Assembly (NCBI GenBank): GCA_050260095.1 | Contig: JBLNBQ010000142.1 | Coordinates: 7,423-71,422, forward strand | Length of the DNA stretch: 64,000 nt | Source: Chitinophagales bacterium | GTDB lineage: Bacteria; Bacillota; UBA5301; DYFA01 | Direction of reading: 5' to 3' | Shown here: in pieces, positions 32,855-43,062 of the stretch | How positions within the stretch are numbered: position 1 is the stretch's first letter | Layout: each line of letters opens with the position of its first letter | Made by a program: the position numbers and the translations under genes | The notes under the pieces: model-generated | What the model was told of the DNA's origin: nothing | Seen by the model: the letters and a program-made list of their open reading frames with translations, nothing else | The model's database searches: none

Positions 32855-34066
32855 ATGTGGGAGGGAAGGAAAGTCCTGGTCGGCGTCACCGGAAGCATCG
32901 CCGCCTATAAGGCGTGCGAACTGGTGAGCCGGTTGGTTCAGGCCGGGGCCGAGGTCAACGTCATGATGACCGAGGCGGCCACCAAGCTGGTGGGGCCGGC
33001 TACGCTGCGGGAACTCTCGCGGCACCCAGTCTGCACCGATCTTTTCACGGCTGACCTGCACGTGCGGCCCGTCGCCCACGTGGGCCTGGCCGAATGGGCC
33101 GACCTGGTGATCGTCGCGCCGGTCACCGCCAATGTGCTGGGCAAAGTGGCCTCCGGCATCGCGGACGATTTCCTCACCACCACCCTCATGGCAACGGCGG
33201 CGCCGGTGGTCTTCGCCCCGGCGATGAACTTCCGCATGTGGCAGAATCCGGTGGTCCAGCAGAACGTGGCGCGCCTCAAGGCGCTCGGCTGCCGCTTCGT
33301 GCACCCGGAAGCAGGCTGGCTGGCCTGCGGCGAACGCGGGGAGGGCCGGCTGGCGCCGGTGGAACGCATCCTTGCGGAAGCGGCGCAGGTTTTCGCCGCG
33401 GCCGACCTTGCCGGGCGCCGGGTGCTCATCACTGCCGGGCCGACGCGCGAGGCGCTCGACCCCGTCCGGTTCATCTCCAACCGCTCCAGCGGGCGCATGG
33501 GCTGGGCGTTGGCCGAGACGGCGCGCCGGCGGGGAGCCGAGGTCGAGTTGGTCGCCGGTCCGGTGGCCCTGCCGGACCCTCCCGGCGTACAGGTGACGCG
33601 GGTTGAGTCGGCGGTCGAGCTGCGCGAGGCGACGTTGGCCAGGGCCGGCGGGGCCGACGCGATCGTGTTGGCCGCCGCCGTGGCCGATTACCGCCCGGCC
33701 GAGGCAGCCGCCCAGAAGCTGAAGCGCACCGGCGAAGACCTTGTGGTGCGCCTGGTGCCCAACCCCGACGTCGCCGCCGAAGTGGCCATGCGCCGGCGGG
33801 CCGGGCAGGTGTTGGTCGGGTTCGCCGCAGAGACGGAGAGCCTCGTGACCAACGCCAAGGCTAAACTGGAGCGCAAGGGACTAGACCTCATCGTGGCGAA
33901 TTTGGTTGGCGTCCCGGGCAGCGGTTTCGATTCCGAGACGAACAGCGTGGTCATCTTGGATGAGACCGGTGTGGTGGCCGAGGTGGAGGCGCGCCCCAAG
34001 ACAGAGGTGGCCGAACGGATATGGGACGCGGTGGCGAAGCGATGGAGGGCTGCATCGCTGAAGTAG
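32855..34066 (+). CDS. coaBC: bifunctional phosphopantothenoylcysteine decarboxylase / phosphopantothenate--cysteine ligase
   Basis: 403 aa; flavoprotein N-domain (GVTGSIAAYK) plus DFP C-domain. Confidence 0.92.
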   Translation: MWEGRKVLVGVTGSIAAYKACELVSRLVQAGAEVNVMMTEAATKLVGPATLRELSRHPVCTDLFTADLHVRPVAHVGLAEWADLVIVAPVTANVLGKVASGIADDFLTTTLMATAAPVVFAPAMNFRMWQNPVVQQNVARLKALGCRFVHPEAGWLACGERGEGRLAPVERILAEAAQVFAAADLAGRRVLITAGPTREALDPVRFISNRSSGRMGWALAETARRRGAEVELVAGPVALPDPPGVQVTRVESAVELREATLARAGGADAIVLAAAVADYRPAEAAAQKLKRTGEDLVVRLVPNPDVAAEVAMRRRAGQVLVGFAAETESLVTNAKAKLERKGLDLIVANLVGVPGSGFDSETNSVVILDETGVVAEVEARPKTEVAERIWDAVAKRWRAASLK

Positions 34067-36501
34067 CGCTGGACATGCCGGGCCGGGAGCTTGACCGGCC
34101 CTTCGACTATTGCGTACCGGCCCGGCTGGCCGGCCTGCTGCGGGTCGGTAGCCGGGTTCGGGTCCCTTTTGGCCCTCGCAACGTGGAGGGATGGGTGGTC
34201 GGGCTCAAGGCCGTCTCGGAGGTGTCCGGCAGCCGGCTCCGCGAGGTCGCCGACCTCGCCGGAGAGGATCGCTGGCTCACCGCCCAGCAGCTAGCGGTCG
34301 CCCAGTGGGTTGCCGGGCATTATCTCGCCCCGCTCAGGGAGGCGCTGGCCCTCTTCGCTCCGCCTGGCGCGGGCGGGGAGTCGCTGGTGGCCTATGCGCC
34401 GGCCGAAGACGTCCTTCCCGCGGAGACGCAGTTCCGGGCGGAGGGGACGCGTCGCCTCTGGGCCTTCCTACAGCAGCGAAGGGGCGCGGTCTCCCGGGCC
34501 GAGATCAGGCGGCAGTTCGGGGCGGCGGGTCTTCAAGCCTTGACCGGGCTGGTAGCCCGGGGCTTGGTCGTCCCGGCCGAGGTCCGGCGGGCCGGGACGG
34601 GCCCCCGGCTGGTGCGTGCGTTCAAGCTGGTGGAGGGCGGTCAGGCAGAGGCACCGGCGGCACGCCGGCTGACTGCCGGGCAGGAGCGAGTCTTGGCGGT
34701 CCTCGCCGGGCATCCGGCCGGGTTGACCCTGGCCGAGCTGGCGGCCGCAGGAGCCGGAGAGAGCGCCGTGCGCAGCCTGGTGCGGCGGGGGCTCGTGGGC
34801 GCCGAGTCGCGGGCGGTGCGCCGGGCGCCCGCCCCGGAGGCGCCGGTCTGGTCGGTGAGCGGGCCGGGCCCCGCGTTGACGGCCGAGCAGCAAGCCGCCT
34901 TGGCCGTGGTGCGGCGGGAGGCGCAGCGGGCGTGGTCCGGCCAGGGCGAAGCCCGCCCCGTGCTGGTACACGGCGTGACCGGCAGCGGCAAGACCGAAAT
35001 CTACCTTCGGGCGGTGGCCGAGGCCCTCGCAGTGGGGCGGGGCGCCATCGTCCTGGTGCCCGAGATTTCGCTCACCCCCCAGATGGGCGAACGGTTCCGC
35101 AGCCGGTTCGGCGAGGCAGTCGCCCTCCTCCATAGCCGCCTGGGCGCCGGTGAGCGGTTCGACGAGTGGCGGCGGGTGCACAGCGGCGAGGCGCGGGTGG
35201 CGCTGGGGGCCCGGTCGGCCGTGTTCGCGCCGGTTCACCGGCTCGGGTTGCTCGTGGTCGACGAGGAGCACGAGAGCAGCTACAAACAGGAAGAGAGCCC
35301 ACGCTACCACGCCCGGGAGGTGGCGCTCAGCAGAGCCCGGGCCGAGGGCGCAGGGGTCATCCTGGGAAGCGCCACCCCCGCGGTCGAGAGCTACGCGCGG
35401 GCGCTCTCCGGCGAATTCGAACTGGTCTCGCTCACCGGGCGTCCCCTGGGGCGGCCGCTGCCCGAGGTGCAGATCGTCGACATGCGAGCCGAACTGGCCG
35501 AGGGACACCGCGAGATGTTCAGCCGCACGCTGCGGGCCGAACTCGAAGCGCGCCTCAGCGCCGGCGAGCAGGCCCTGCTCTTCCTGAACCGGCGGGGTTT
35601 CAGCCGCGTGGCGCTCTGCCGGGCGTGCGGTCTCGTGGTGCGCTGCCCGCTGTGCCGGGTGGCGCTCACCTACCACGCGGCGGAGAACCGCCTGCGGTGC
35701 CATTATTGCGACCATTCCGCGCCCCTGCCGTCATCCTGCCCGAGTTGCGGGAGCCGGTACATCCGCCATTTCGGGGTGGGCACGGAGCGGGTGGAGGAGG
35801 AGGTCCGGCGGCTCTTCCCGCACGCCCCCGTAGCCCGGCTGGACGTCGACACGACGCGCCGCAAAGGCGCGCACGGCCGCATCCTCTCCGCCTTCGCCCG
35901 GGGGGAGTACCAGGTCCTGGTGGGGACGCAGATGATCGGGAAGGGGCTTGACCTGGCGGGCGTCACCCTGGTCGGGGTGATCGCCGCCGACACCGCGCTG
36001 GGGCTTCCCGACTTCCGCGCGGCGGAGCGGACCTTCGCCATGCTGGAACAGGTGGCTGGCCGGGCGGGCAGAGGCGCCACCCCCGGAAGGGTCGTGGTGC
36101 AGACCTACAACCCGGAACACTATGCGGTGGAGTGCGCCCGCCGGCATGACAGCGCCGGTTTTTACCGGCAGGAGCTGGCCTTCCGCCGCTCCGCAGGGTA
36201 TCCGCCCTTCGGGGAATTATTGCTGGTGACGGTGGCGAGCCCGGCGCGCGAGGCGGCCGAGCGGGCCGCCGGCGAAGTGGCCGCCGCCTTGCGGGGGGTA
36301 GTGGGGGAGCGCGCCGCGCTGCTCGGCCCTAGCCCCGCCCCGTTGGCCCACCTGCGGGGGCTCGAGCGGGTGCAGGTTCTCCTCAAAGGGGAATTGGGCG
36401 ATGACGTGGGGGAGACTCTTCGTTCGGTGACGGAACGCGTGCGCCAGCGGGACGAGCAGTTGCGCCTGACCTGGGACGTCGATCCGCAGTCCATGTTGTA
36501 G
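34042..36501 (+). CDS. priA: primosomal protein N' (replication restart helicase)
   Basis: Walker A GVTGSGKTE, DEEH box, Cys4 zinc-finger cluster (CRACG...CPLC...CHYC...CPSCG); ATG 34042 preferred, alternative 34021. Confidence 0.9.
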   Translation: MEGCIAEVALDMPGRELDRPFDYCVPARLAGLLRVGSRVRVPFGPRNVEGWVVGLKAVSEVSGSRLREVADLAGEDRWLTAQQLAVAQWVAGHYLAPLREALALFAPPGAGGESLVAYAPAEDVLPAETQFRAEGTRRLWAFLQQRRGAVSRAEIRRQFGAAGLQALTGLVARGLVVPAEVRRAGTGPRLVRAFKLVEGGQAEAPAARRLTAGQERVLAVLAGHPAGLTLAELAAAGAGESAVRSLVRRGLVGAESRAVRRAPAPEAPVWSVSGPGPALTAEQQAALAVVRREAQRAWSGQGEARPVLVHGVTGSGKTEIYLRAVAEALAVGRGAIVLVPEISLTPQMGERFRSRFGEAVALLHSRLGAGERFDEWRRVHSGEARVALGARSAVFAPVHRLGLLVVDEEHESSYKQEESPRYHAREVALSRARAEGAGVILGSATPAVESYARALSGEFELVSLTGRPLGRPLPEVQIVDMRAELAEGHREMFSRTLRAELEARLSAGEQALLFLNRRGFSRVALCRACGLVVRCPLCRVALTYHAAENRLRCHYCDHSAPLPSSCPSCGSRYIRHFGVGTERVEEEVRRLFPHAPVARLDVDTTRRKGAHGRILSAFARGEYQVLVGTQMIGKGLDLAGVTLVGVIAADTALGLPDFRAAERTFAMLEQVAGRAGRGATPGRVVVQTYNPEHYAVECARRHDSAGFYRQELAFRRSAGYPPFGELLLVTVASPAREAAERAAGEVAAALRGVVGERAALLGPSPAPLAHLRGLERVQVLLKGELGDDVGETLRSVTERVRQRDEQLRLTWDVDPQSML

Positions 36502-36520
36502 TCGGGGAGGAAAAGGCTAG

Positions 36521-36979
36521 ATGGCCCTGTTGCCCATCGTACAGGAGGGAGCGCCGGTCCTGCGCCAGCGCGCCCTGCCGGTGAAAAGGATCACGAAGCG
36601 GCTGGAGAGGTTGGTCGATGACATGTTCGAGACCATGCGGGAGGCCGACGGCGTCGGATTGGCCGCCCCGCAGGTGGGGGTCAGCGAGCGCCTGATCGTG
36701 ATCGACGTGGGGGAAGGGGAAGTGGCGCTCTTCAACCCGGTGATCGTCGAGGCCCGGGGGCACGACACCGACCTGGAGGGGTGCCTCAGCATCCCGGGGA
36801 AAGTCGGCTACGTCACCAGGGCGGAAGAGGTGGTGGCGCAGGGCCTGAACCGGCACGGGCGGCCCACTGAGGTGCGCGCCGCCGGGCTTTTGGCCCGCGC
36901 GCTCCAGCACGAGATCGACCACCTCGACGGGATACTCTTCATCGACCGGGCAACCGAGGTCCACGAGAAGAAAGCGTAG
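36521..36979 (+). CDS. def: peptide deformylase
   Basis: GVGLAAPQ, EGCLS, HEIDHL motifs. Confidence 0.93.
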   Translation: MALLPIVQEGAPVLRQRALPVKRITKRLERLVDDMFETMREADGVGLAAPQVGVSERLIVIDVGEGEVALFNPVIVEARGHDTDLEGCLSIPGKVGYVTRAEEVVAQGLNRHGRPTEVRAAGLLARALQHEIDHLDGILFIDRATEVHEKKA

Positions 36980-36989
36980 GCGGAACAGC

Positions 36990-37931
36990 GTGAGAGTGGT
37001 GTTCTTCGGCACTCCCGAGTTCGCCGTGCCCAGCCTCGAAGCGCTGGCCGCGGCCGGACACGAACTGCCGCTGGTCGTCAGCCAGCCTGACCGGCCGGCC
37101 GGTCGCGGCTTGCGGCTCGCCCCTCCGCCGGTCAAGGTGACCGCGGAAGCGCTCGGGCTCCCCGTCGCACAACCGGCCCGGGTCTCCGAGCCGGAGTTCG
37201 TCGCCCGGCTCGCAGCCCTCGCACCCGACCTCTGCGTCGTGGTGGCCTTCGGGCAGAAGATCTCCGAGGAACTCCTGCAGCTGGTGCCGGGAGGGTGGGT
37301 CAACGTGCACGGCTCGCTGCTGCCGCGCTGGCGAGGCGCGGCCCCCATCGCCCGGGCCATCCTCGCCGGCGACCAGGTGACCGGCGTGACCACCATGTAC
37401 CTGGGCACCGGCTGGGACACCGGCGACATGATCCTCAAACGAGAGACGCCCATCGGTGAGGACGAGACGGCGGGAGAACTGGCCGACCGGTTGGGCCGTT
37501 TGGGGGCCGGCCTGCTCGTCGAGACGCTGGCGCTGATCGCCCAGGGGAAGGCCCCGCGGGAACCGCAGGACGACGCCCTCGCCACGCTGGCGGCGCGGCT
37601 GAGACCCGAGGAAGGGGAACTGGACTGGGCCCGCCCGGCGTTGGAACTCCATAACCGGGTACGCGCCTTCACCCCCAGTCCGGGGGCGTTCACCTTCTTT
37701 AGGGGCAAGCGGCTCAAGGTGCTCAGGACGGGGGCGCCGGTCCCCTCCTTCGCTCCCGACGCCCTGCCCGGCACGCTGGTGGCCGCCCGCGGCGCGCTAT
37801 ACGGGCAGGCGGGGGAGGGTATGCTCCCATTGATCGCGGTCCAGGCGGAAGGTGGCCGCCCCTTGAGCGGGGCGGAGTTCGCCCGGGGGGCGCGCCTTGG
37901 GGTAGGAGAGCGCTGCGGCAGGGAGGGGTAA
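36990..37931 (+). CDS. fmt: methionyl-tRNA formyltransferase
   Basis: 313 aa; VVFFGTPEFA N-terminus and NVHGSLLPRWRGAAPI formyltransferase motif. Confidence 0.92.
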   Translation: MRVVFFGTPEFAVPSLEALAAAGHELPLVVSQPDRPAGRGLRLAPPPVKVTAEALGLPVAQPARVSEPEFVARLAALAPDLCVVVAFGQKISEELLQLVPGGWVNVHGSLLPRWRGAAPIARAILAGDQVTGVTTMYLGTGWDTGDMILKRETPIGEDETAGELADRLGRLGAGLLVETLALIAQGKAPREPQDDALATLAARLRPEEGELDWARPALELHNRVRAFTPSPGAFTFFRGKRLKVLRTGAPVPSFAPDALPGTLVAARGALYGQAGEGMLPLIAVQAEGGRPLSGAEFARGARLGVGERCGREG

Positions 37932-37933
37932 GG

Positions 37934-38689
37934 GTGCCCGTCAAGAAGCGGGTCTTCCTGGGTCTGGTCTCAGCCACCGTGCTGGTGGCGCTGGCCCTTG
38001 CCGGCACGGTCTGGGTCCTGAGCCGGTCGGGGCTGTGGGGCCGCGCCGTGCTGCTCTTCACCTCCTGGCTCGGGTTCATGCTGGCGGTGTTGTCCGCGGC
38101 GGGCCTGCTGGGGATCGTGCTCACCGTCTGGCGCGGCCGCCCGGTCGGGCTGGCCCCGTTCATCCGGCTGGTGCTGGAATTCTTCTACCCGCTCTCGCTG
38201 CGGCTGGGCCCGCTGGTCGGCATCGGCAAGGAGCAGGTGCAAACCTCGTTCGTCGCGGTGAACAACGCCCTGGCGAAGGCGGGGGCGGGCCAGGTGCGCC
38301 CCGGGGACGTGCTGCTCTTGGTGCCGCATTGCCTGCAGCGCACCGACTGCGCGCACCGCATCACGGTCGACGCCGGGAACTGTCGGCGCTGCGGGCGTTG
38401 CCAGGTCGGCGAGGTCGTTGCCCTGGCGCGGCGTCACGGGATAAGGCTCGCGGTCGCCACCGGAGGCGGGATGGCCCGGAAGTTGATCCACGATCTTCGC
38501 CCGGAGGCCGTCATCGCGGTGGCCTGCGAGCGCGACCTCATCAGCGGTCTTCTCGAGACGTATCCTCTGCCGGTCTACGGCATAGTGAATGAGCGGCCGC
38601 ACGGATACTGCGTCAACACCGGGGTCTCCCTCGAACGGATCGAGGCGGCCCTGGAGCTGTTCCTGTCGGCAAGCCGCAATACGCAATAG
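37934..38689 (+). CDS. DUF116-family membrane protein
   Basis: N-terminal TM helices and C-terminal Cys-rich domain (CLQRTDC...CRRCGRC), as in DUF116 proteins found between fmt and rsmB in clostridia. Confidence 0.6.
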   Translation: MPVKKRVFLGLVSATVLVALALAGTVWVLSRSGLWGRAVLLFTSWLGFMLAVLSAAGLLGIVLTVWRGRPVGLAPFIRLVLEFFYPLSLRLGPLVGIGKEQVQTSFVAVNNALAKAGAGQVRPGDVLLLVPHCLQRTDCAHRITVDAGNCRRCGRCQVGEVVALARRHGIRLAVATGGGMARKLIHDLRPEAVIAVACERDLISGLLETYPLPVYGIVNERPHGYCVNTGVSLERIEAALELFLSASRNTQ

Positions 38690-38704
38690 GGGAGGCGAAC
38701 AACC

Positions 38705-39400
38705 GTGTACCCGTTCTTCTTCGGATACGACCCCACTTGGTTCCTCCTGATCCCCGGCCTGATCGTCGCCTTCTGGGCGCAGGCCAAGGTCAGCGGGACC
38801 TTCGCCCGTTACTCGCGGGTGCGCGCCCGCCGCGGCCTCACCGGGGCCCAGGTGGCCCGGGCGCTCCTGGACGATGCCGGCCTCACCGACGTCACCGTCG
38901 AGGCCATCCCCGGCAACCTGAGCGATCATTACGACCCGCGCAGGCGGGCGGTCCGGCTCTCCGAGGCCGTCTACGGCGAACAGAGCCTGGCGGCCTTGGG
39001 GGTGGCCGCGCACGAGACGGGGCATGCCCTGCAGCACGCGGCGCACTACGCGCCGTTGGGGTTGCGCAACAGCCTCTTTCCGGTGGCCAACCTCGGTTCC
39101 ACCCTGGCCTTCCCGCTCTTCTTCCTCGGCTTCCTCTTCCGGGGTGGCTTTCTGATGGACCTGGGCATCGCCCTCTTCACCGGGGCGCTGGTCTTTCAGG
39201 TCATCACCGTGCCGGTGGAACTGAACGCTTCCCGGCGGGCGGTGGCGCTGCTCGAGGGAGGCGGCTACCTGGAACCTGAGGAGACCGAAGGGGCGTGGAA
39301 GGTCTTGTCGGCAGCCGCCTGGACGTACGTGGCTGCGGCGCTGGTTGCCCTGCTCCAGCTCGTGCGCTTGCTGGCGCTGCGGAGCAGCCGTGACGACTGA
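38705..39400 (+). CDS. putative neutral zinc metallopeptidase (Zn_peptidase_2 family)
   Basis: HETGHALQH HExxH motif flanked by TM helices. Confidence 0.7.
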   Translation: MYPFFFGYDPTWFLLIPGLIVAFWAQAKVSGTFARYSRVRARRGLTGAQVARALLDDAGLTDVTVEAIPGNLSDHYDPRRRAVRLSEAVYGEQSLAALGVAAHETGHALQHAAHYAPLGLRNSLFPVANLGSTLAFPLFFLGFLFRGGFLMDLGIALFTGALVFQVITVPVELNASRRAVALLEGGGYLEPEETEGAWKVLSAAAWTYVAAALVALLQLVRLLALRSSRDD

Positions 39401-40784
39401 CGCGGGTCCGGTCCGGCGCCAGGCCCGTGAGGTGGCCCTGCAGGTTCTCTGCGCGGTCGAAGAGCGCGGCGCCTATGCCAATCTGGCCCTCTCCCAAGGG
39501 CTCGAGCGCGCCGGCCTTTCGCCCTCCGACCGGAGTTTCGCCACCGAACTGGTCTACGGCACCGTGCGGCGCCGCCTGACGCTCGATTGGGTGCTCGAGC
39601 AGTTCCTCACCCGGCCGTTCGACGCGCTGGCCCCTTGGCTCCAAAGCCTCCTGCGCCTCTCCGCCTATCAACTGCTCTACCTGGAACACGTGCCGCCCGA
39701 GGCGGTCTGCAACGAGGCGGTCGAGTTGGCCAAACGGCGGGGGCACCGGGGCATCGCCGGCCTGGTGAACGCCGTCCTCCGCTCTTTGCTGCGCGGCCGC
39801 AGCGAAATCACGTGGCCCGACCCGCAGACCGACCCGGTCGAGTATCTCTCCGTCCGCGAGTCGCACCCCGCCTGGCTGGTGAGACGCTGGCTGCAGCGGC
39901 TGGGGTACGCCGAAACCGCCCAGTTGCTCGCCGCCGACAATGCCACCCCCCCGCTGACGCTTCGGGCCAACCGCTGCCGGATGGGCCGGGACGAACTGCT
40001 CGCCCGGCTCGCCGGCCGGGGGCTTGCCGCTGAGCCCTGCCGGTGGGCGCCGGAAGGGGTCACGCTGCGCTCGCGCACCGGGTCAGTCGAGCGCCTGCCG
40101 GAGATCACCGAGGGCCTGGCGCAGGTGCAGGATGAAGCGTCGATGCTGGTGGCGAGGCTGGCCGCCCCCGAACCGGGGCACCGGGTGCTCGACTGCGCCA
40201 GCGCGCCGGGGGGCAAGGCCACGCACCTTGCGGAGTTGATGGGCGACTCCGGCCACGTCTGCGCCTTCGATGTCCACCCGGGCAAACTGCGCCTGGTCGA
40301 GGAGAACGCCGCCCGGCTCGGGCTGCGCTCGGTGCAGACCGCGGTGGTCGACGCGCTGGCGGTCGGCAGCCTCCCGGAGTTCGCGGAGGCCTTCGACCGC
40401 TGCCTGTTGGACGCGCCCTGCACCGGTTTGGGCGTTCTCCGCCGGAAGGCCGACAGCCGCTGGCGTAAGGCGGAGGGAGACATACCGGCCCTCGCCCGGC
40501 AGCAGGGGGCCATGCTGGCGTCGGCGGCCCGCACGGTGAAGCGGGGCGGCCGGTTGGTGTACTCCACTTGTTCGACGGAGCGGGAAGAGGGCGAGGACGT
40601 GATTGAGCGCTTCCTCGAAGGCGAAGGCCACGCTTTCCGGCTCTTGGACGCGGGGGAGATTCTCACGGCTCAGGGCATCCCCGCCCGGACGGAAGACTCT
40701 CTCACGGCTGGCAGGTATCTGAGGCTCTGGCCGCAGCGGCACGGCACCGACGGCTTCTTCGCCGCCGCACTCGTGCGCCTGTAG
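39390..40784 (+). CDS. rsmB: 16S rRNA (cytosine967-C5)-methyltransferase
   Basis: GTG 39390 overlapping upstream stop; NusB-like N-domain plus SAM MTase with DAPCTGLG and active-site Cys in YSTCS. Confidence 0.88.
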   Translation: MTTDAGPVRRQAREVALQVLCAVEERGAYANLALSQGLERAGLSPSDRSFATELVYGTVRRRLTLDWVLEQFLTRPFDALAPWLQSLLRLSAYQLLYLEHVPPEAVCNEAVELAKRRGHRGIAGLVNAVLRSLLRGRSEITWPDPQTDPVEYLSVRESHPAWLVRRWLQRLGYAETAQLLAADNATPPLTLRANRCRMGRDELLARLAGRGLAAEPCRWAPEGVTLRSRTGSVERLPEITEGLAQVQDEASMLVARLAAPEPGHRVLDCASAPGGKATHLAELMGDSGHVCAFDVHPGKLRLVEENAARLGLRSVQTAVVDALAVGSLPEFAEAFDRCLLDAPCTGLGVLRRKADSRWRKAEGDIPALARQQGAMLASAARTVKRGGRLVYSTCSTEREEGEDVIERFLEGEGHAFRLLDAGEILTAQGIPARTEDSLTAGRYLRLWPQRHGTDGFFAAALVRL

Positions 40785-40907
40785 CGGGCGGCGGAGGTCA
40801 CAGCGGAAGGTCTGGGAAAACTTTCCTCGTGGCGAAAGGATTCCCCACGGTTATGCAGAAAGCTCTCCCTTGATGTATGTCTCACCCGGGGGGAGGAGGA
40901 GGAGTCG

Positions 40908-41699
40908 GTGATCAGAGTCCTCATCGCGGATAACAACGTCGAGCTTTGCACCATCTTGAACCGGTTCTTCGAGAAGCTCGAGGACATTCAAGTGGTCGGC
41001 ACGGCCTACGACGGTGAGCAGGCTCTCCGGTTGATCCAGGAGCAGAACCCCGACGTGGTTATCCTCGATATCACCATGCCGGTTCTCGATGGTTTGGCGG
41101 TGCTGGAGCGTTTGCCATCCCTCGGTCTGCCGAAGCGGCCCAAGATCATCATTTTGACCGCGTTTGGCCGGGAAGACCTGATTCTGAAGCTGACGCAACT
41201 TGGTGCGGACTATTACGTGGTCAAGCCGTTCGACATGGACGTGCTGGTCACCCGCATCCGTCAGTTCGCCGAAGACACCGCCCCGCTCATCAAAGAGGGC
41301 GGCGGAGAGTTCCCGCCGGCGGCCGCCCCGGGCGGCAAGCGCGACCTGCTGACCCTGGTCACGGAGATCATCCATCTGATGGGGATTCCCGCCCACTTCA
41401 AAGGGTACAACTACATCCGGGATGCCGTCATGATGGTGCTGGAGGAGGATTCGACGCTGGGGGGCAACCTCACGAAGGTGCTCTACCCGCGCATCGCTCA
41501 GAAGTACGGCACGACCACCGGCGGGGTGGAGGCGGCCATCCGCAACGCCATCCTCACGGCCTGGGAGCACGGAAACCGGGCGTACATCTCCGGCATCGTC
41601 GGCAAGTCCGCGATCTCGACGAAGGGCAAGTTCCCGTCGAACTCGCTTCTGATCGCCAAGATCGCCGACCAGCTCCGGGTGAAGCTGCGGGCCGGTTGA
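40908..41699 (+). CDS. spo0A: sporulation master regulator Spo0A
   Basis: Receiver domain (D-D...ILDITMPVLDG...K) plus Spo0A-specific C-terminal DNA-binding domain. Confidence 0.9.
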   Translation: MIRVLIADNNVELCTILNRFFEKLEDIQVVGTAYDGEQALRLIQEQNPDVVILDITMPVLDGLAVLERLPSLGLPKRPKIIILTAFGREDLILKLTQLGADYYVVKPFDMDVLVTRIRQFAEDTAPLIKEGGGEFPPAAAPGGKRDLLTLVTEIIHLMGIPAHFKGYNYIRDAVMMVLEEDSTLGGNLTKVLYPRIAQKYGTTTGGVEAAIRNAILTAWEHGNRAYISGIVGKSAISTKGKFPSNSLLIAKIADQLRVKLRAG

Positions 41700-41719
41700 G
41701 CCCCAAAGACGCAGGGCAG

Positions 41720-41756
41720 AAAAAAACCGGGCCGGGGTTTGACCCTGGCCCGGTTG
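41720..41756. terminator. bidirectional intrinsic terminator between spo0A and tRNA-Pro
   Basis: CCGGGCC...GGCCCGG hairpin flanked by A8 on + (T8 on - directly downstream of the tRNA) and TTGCTCT on +. Confidence 0.6.
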
Positions 41757-41785
41757 CTCTATGTGAAGGCTTCTGCTATCTTAAA

Positions 41786-41862
<77 letters not shown>

Positions 41863-41876
41863 CAGCGACATCTGTA

Positions 41877-41905
41877 ATTCTAACGTATGGCGTCCGGACT
41901 GTCAA
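41877..41905 (-). promoter_or_regulatory. sigma-A-type promoter for tRNA-Pro
   Basis: On the minus strand: TTGACA, 17 nt, TAGAAT, placed 15-20 nt upstream of the tRNA 5' end. Confidence 0.55.
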
Positions 41906-42009
41906 CCACGGAGAAAAGTTCTGGTTCCCTGGAATGAGCGCCAAGGAGGGAGCAGTCTGAACGAGCACGGTGCGGTGGTGGCGCAGGGGCACGCCGGGAG
42001 GGCAGCGGA

Positions 42010-43062
42010 GTGAGTCAGTGGACAGTGCTTGGGCTGACGCGGGAGGAACTGGCCGGCGCGTTGGCGGAACTGGGGGAGCCGCCCTACCGGGCCGGGCAGG
42101 TGATGGAGTGGGCTTACCGCCGGGGCGCCCGCGACTTTTCGGCAATGACGAACTTGCCGAAGCGCCTGCGGGAAGGGCTCACGGCGGTGGCCAGGGTCGG
42201 CCGGCTCACGCCCGTGACCGTGCAGCGGTCCCGGGAGGATGGGACGGCGAAAGTCCTTCTTCGCCTGGACGACGGGGAGACCGTGGAGGCGGTCCTCCTG
42301 CCCCACGACTACGGGGTGAGCGCCTGCGTGTCGAGCCAGGTCGGGTGTGCGATGGGATGCGCCTTTTGCGCCTCGACGCGCAACGGGCTTAAGCGCAACC
42401 TCACGGCCGGCGAGATGGTGGCCGAGGTGCTGGAAGTGCAGGCGCTTGCCGGACCGGAGACCCGGGTGAGCCACGTGGTGATCATGGGCACCGGCGAGCC
42501 GCTCCTCAACCTGGACGAGGTGCTGCGCTTCCTTCATCTGCTCCACGCGGAGGAAGGGCTGGGCATCAGCTATCGCAACCTGACGCTTTCGACATGCGGC
42601 CTGGTGCCCGAGATGCGTCGCCTCGCCAGCGAGGGCCTGCCGCTCACGCTCGCTGTCTCCTTGCATGCACCCAACGATGAACTCCGCTCCCGGCTGATGC
42701 CGGTGAACCGCAGGTACCCCCTGGCGGAGCTGCTGCCCGCCTGCGCCGAGTACGGACGAGTGACCGGCCGCCGGGTGACCTTCGAGTACGCGCTCATCGC
42801 CGGAGTCAACGACCGGCCGCACCAGGCCCGGGAGTTGGCGGGGCGCCTTAAGGGGATGCTCTGCCACGTGAACCTCATCCCGCTCAACGCCGTGCCCGAA
42901 ACCGGCCTTGAGAGGAGTTCGCCGGAGAGGGTCGAAGAATTCAGAAGCATTCTGGCAGAGGCGGGGATTTCGGTGACGGTGCGCCGGGAGATGGGCGCCG
43001 ACATCGAAGCGGCCTGCGGTCAGCTGCGCCGGAGGGTGCTGGAGGGCGGTGAGCAGACGTGA
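42010..43062 (+). CDS. rlmN: 23S rRNA/tRNA adenine C2-methyltransferase RlmN (radical SAM)
   Basis: 350 aa; radical-SAM Cys motif and overall RlmN-like sequence. Confidence 0.92.
   Translation: MSQWTVLGLTREELAGALAELGEPPYRAGQVMEWAYRRGARDFSAMTNLPKRLREGLTAVARVGRLTPVTVQRSREDGTAKVLLRLDDGETVEAVLLPHDYGVSACVSSQVGCAMGCAFCASTRNGLKRNLTAGEMVAEVLEVQALAGPETRVSHVVIMGTGEPLLNLDEVLRFLHLLHAEEGLGISYRNLTLSTCGLVPEMRRLASEGLPLTLAVSLHAPNDELRSRLMPVNRRYPLAELLPACAEYGRVTGRRVTFEYALIAGVNDRPHQARELAGRLKGMLCHVNLIPLNAVPETGLERSSPERVEEFRSILAEAGISVTVRREMGADIEAACGQLRRRVLEGGEQT

Noticed and set aside
40830-40892. Sigma-H or sigma-A promoter assignment for spo0A (AAGGATTCC, TTGATG)
   Set aside because: No acceptably spaced -10 (GAAT / TATAAT) partner was found. 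Only the 0A-box-like heptamer is reported, at low confidence.
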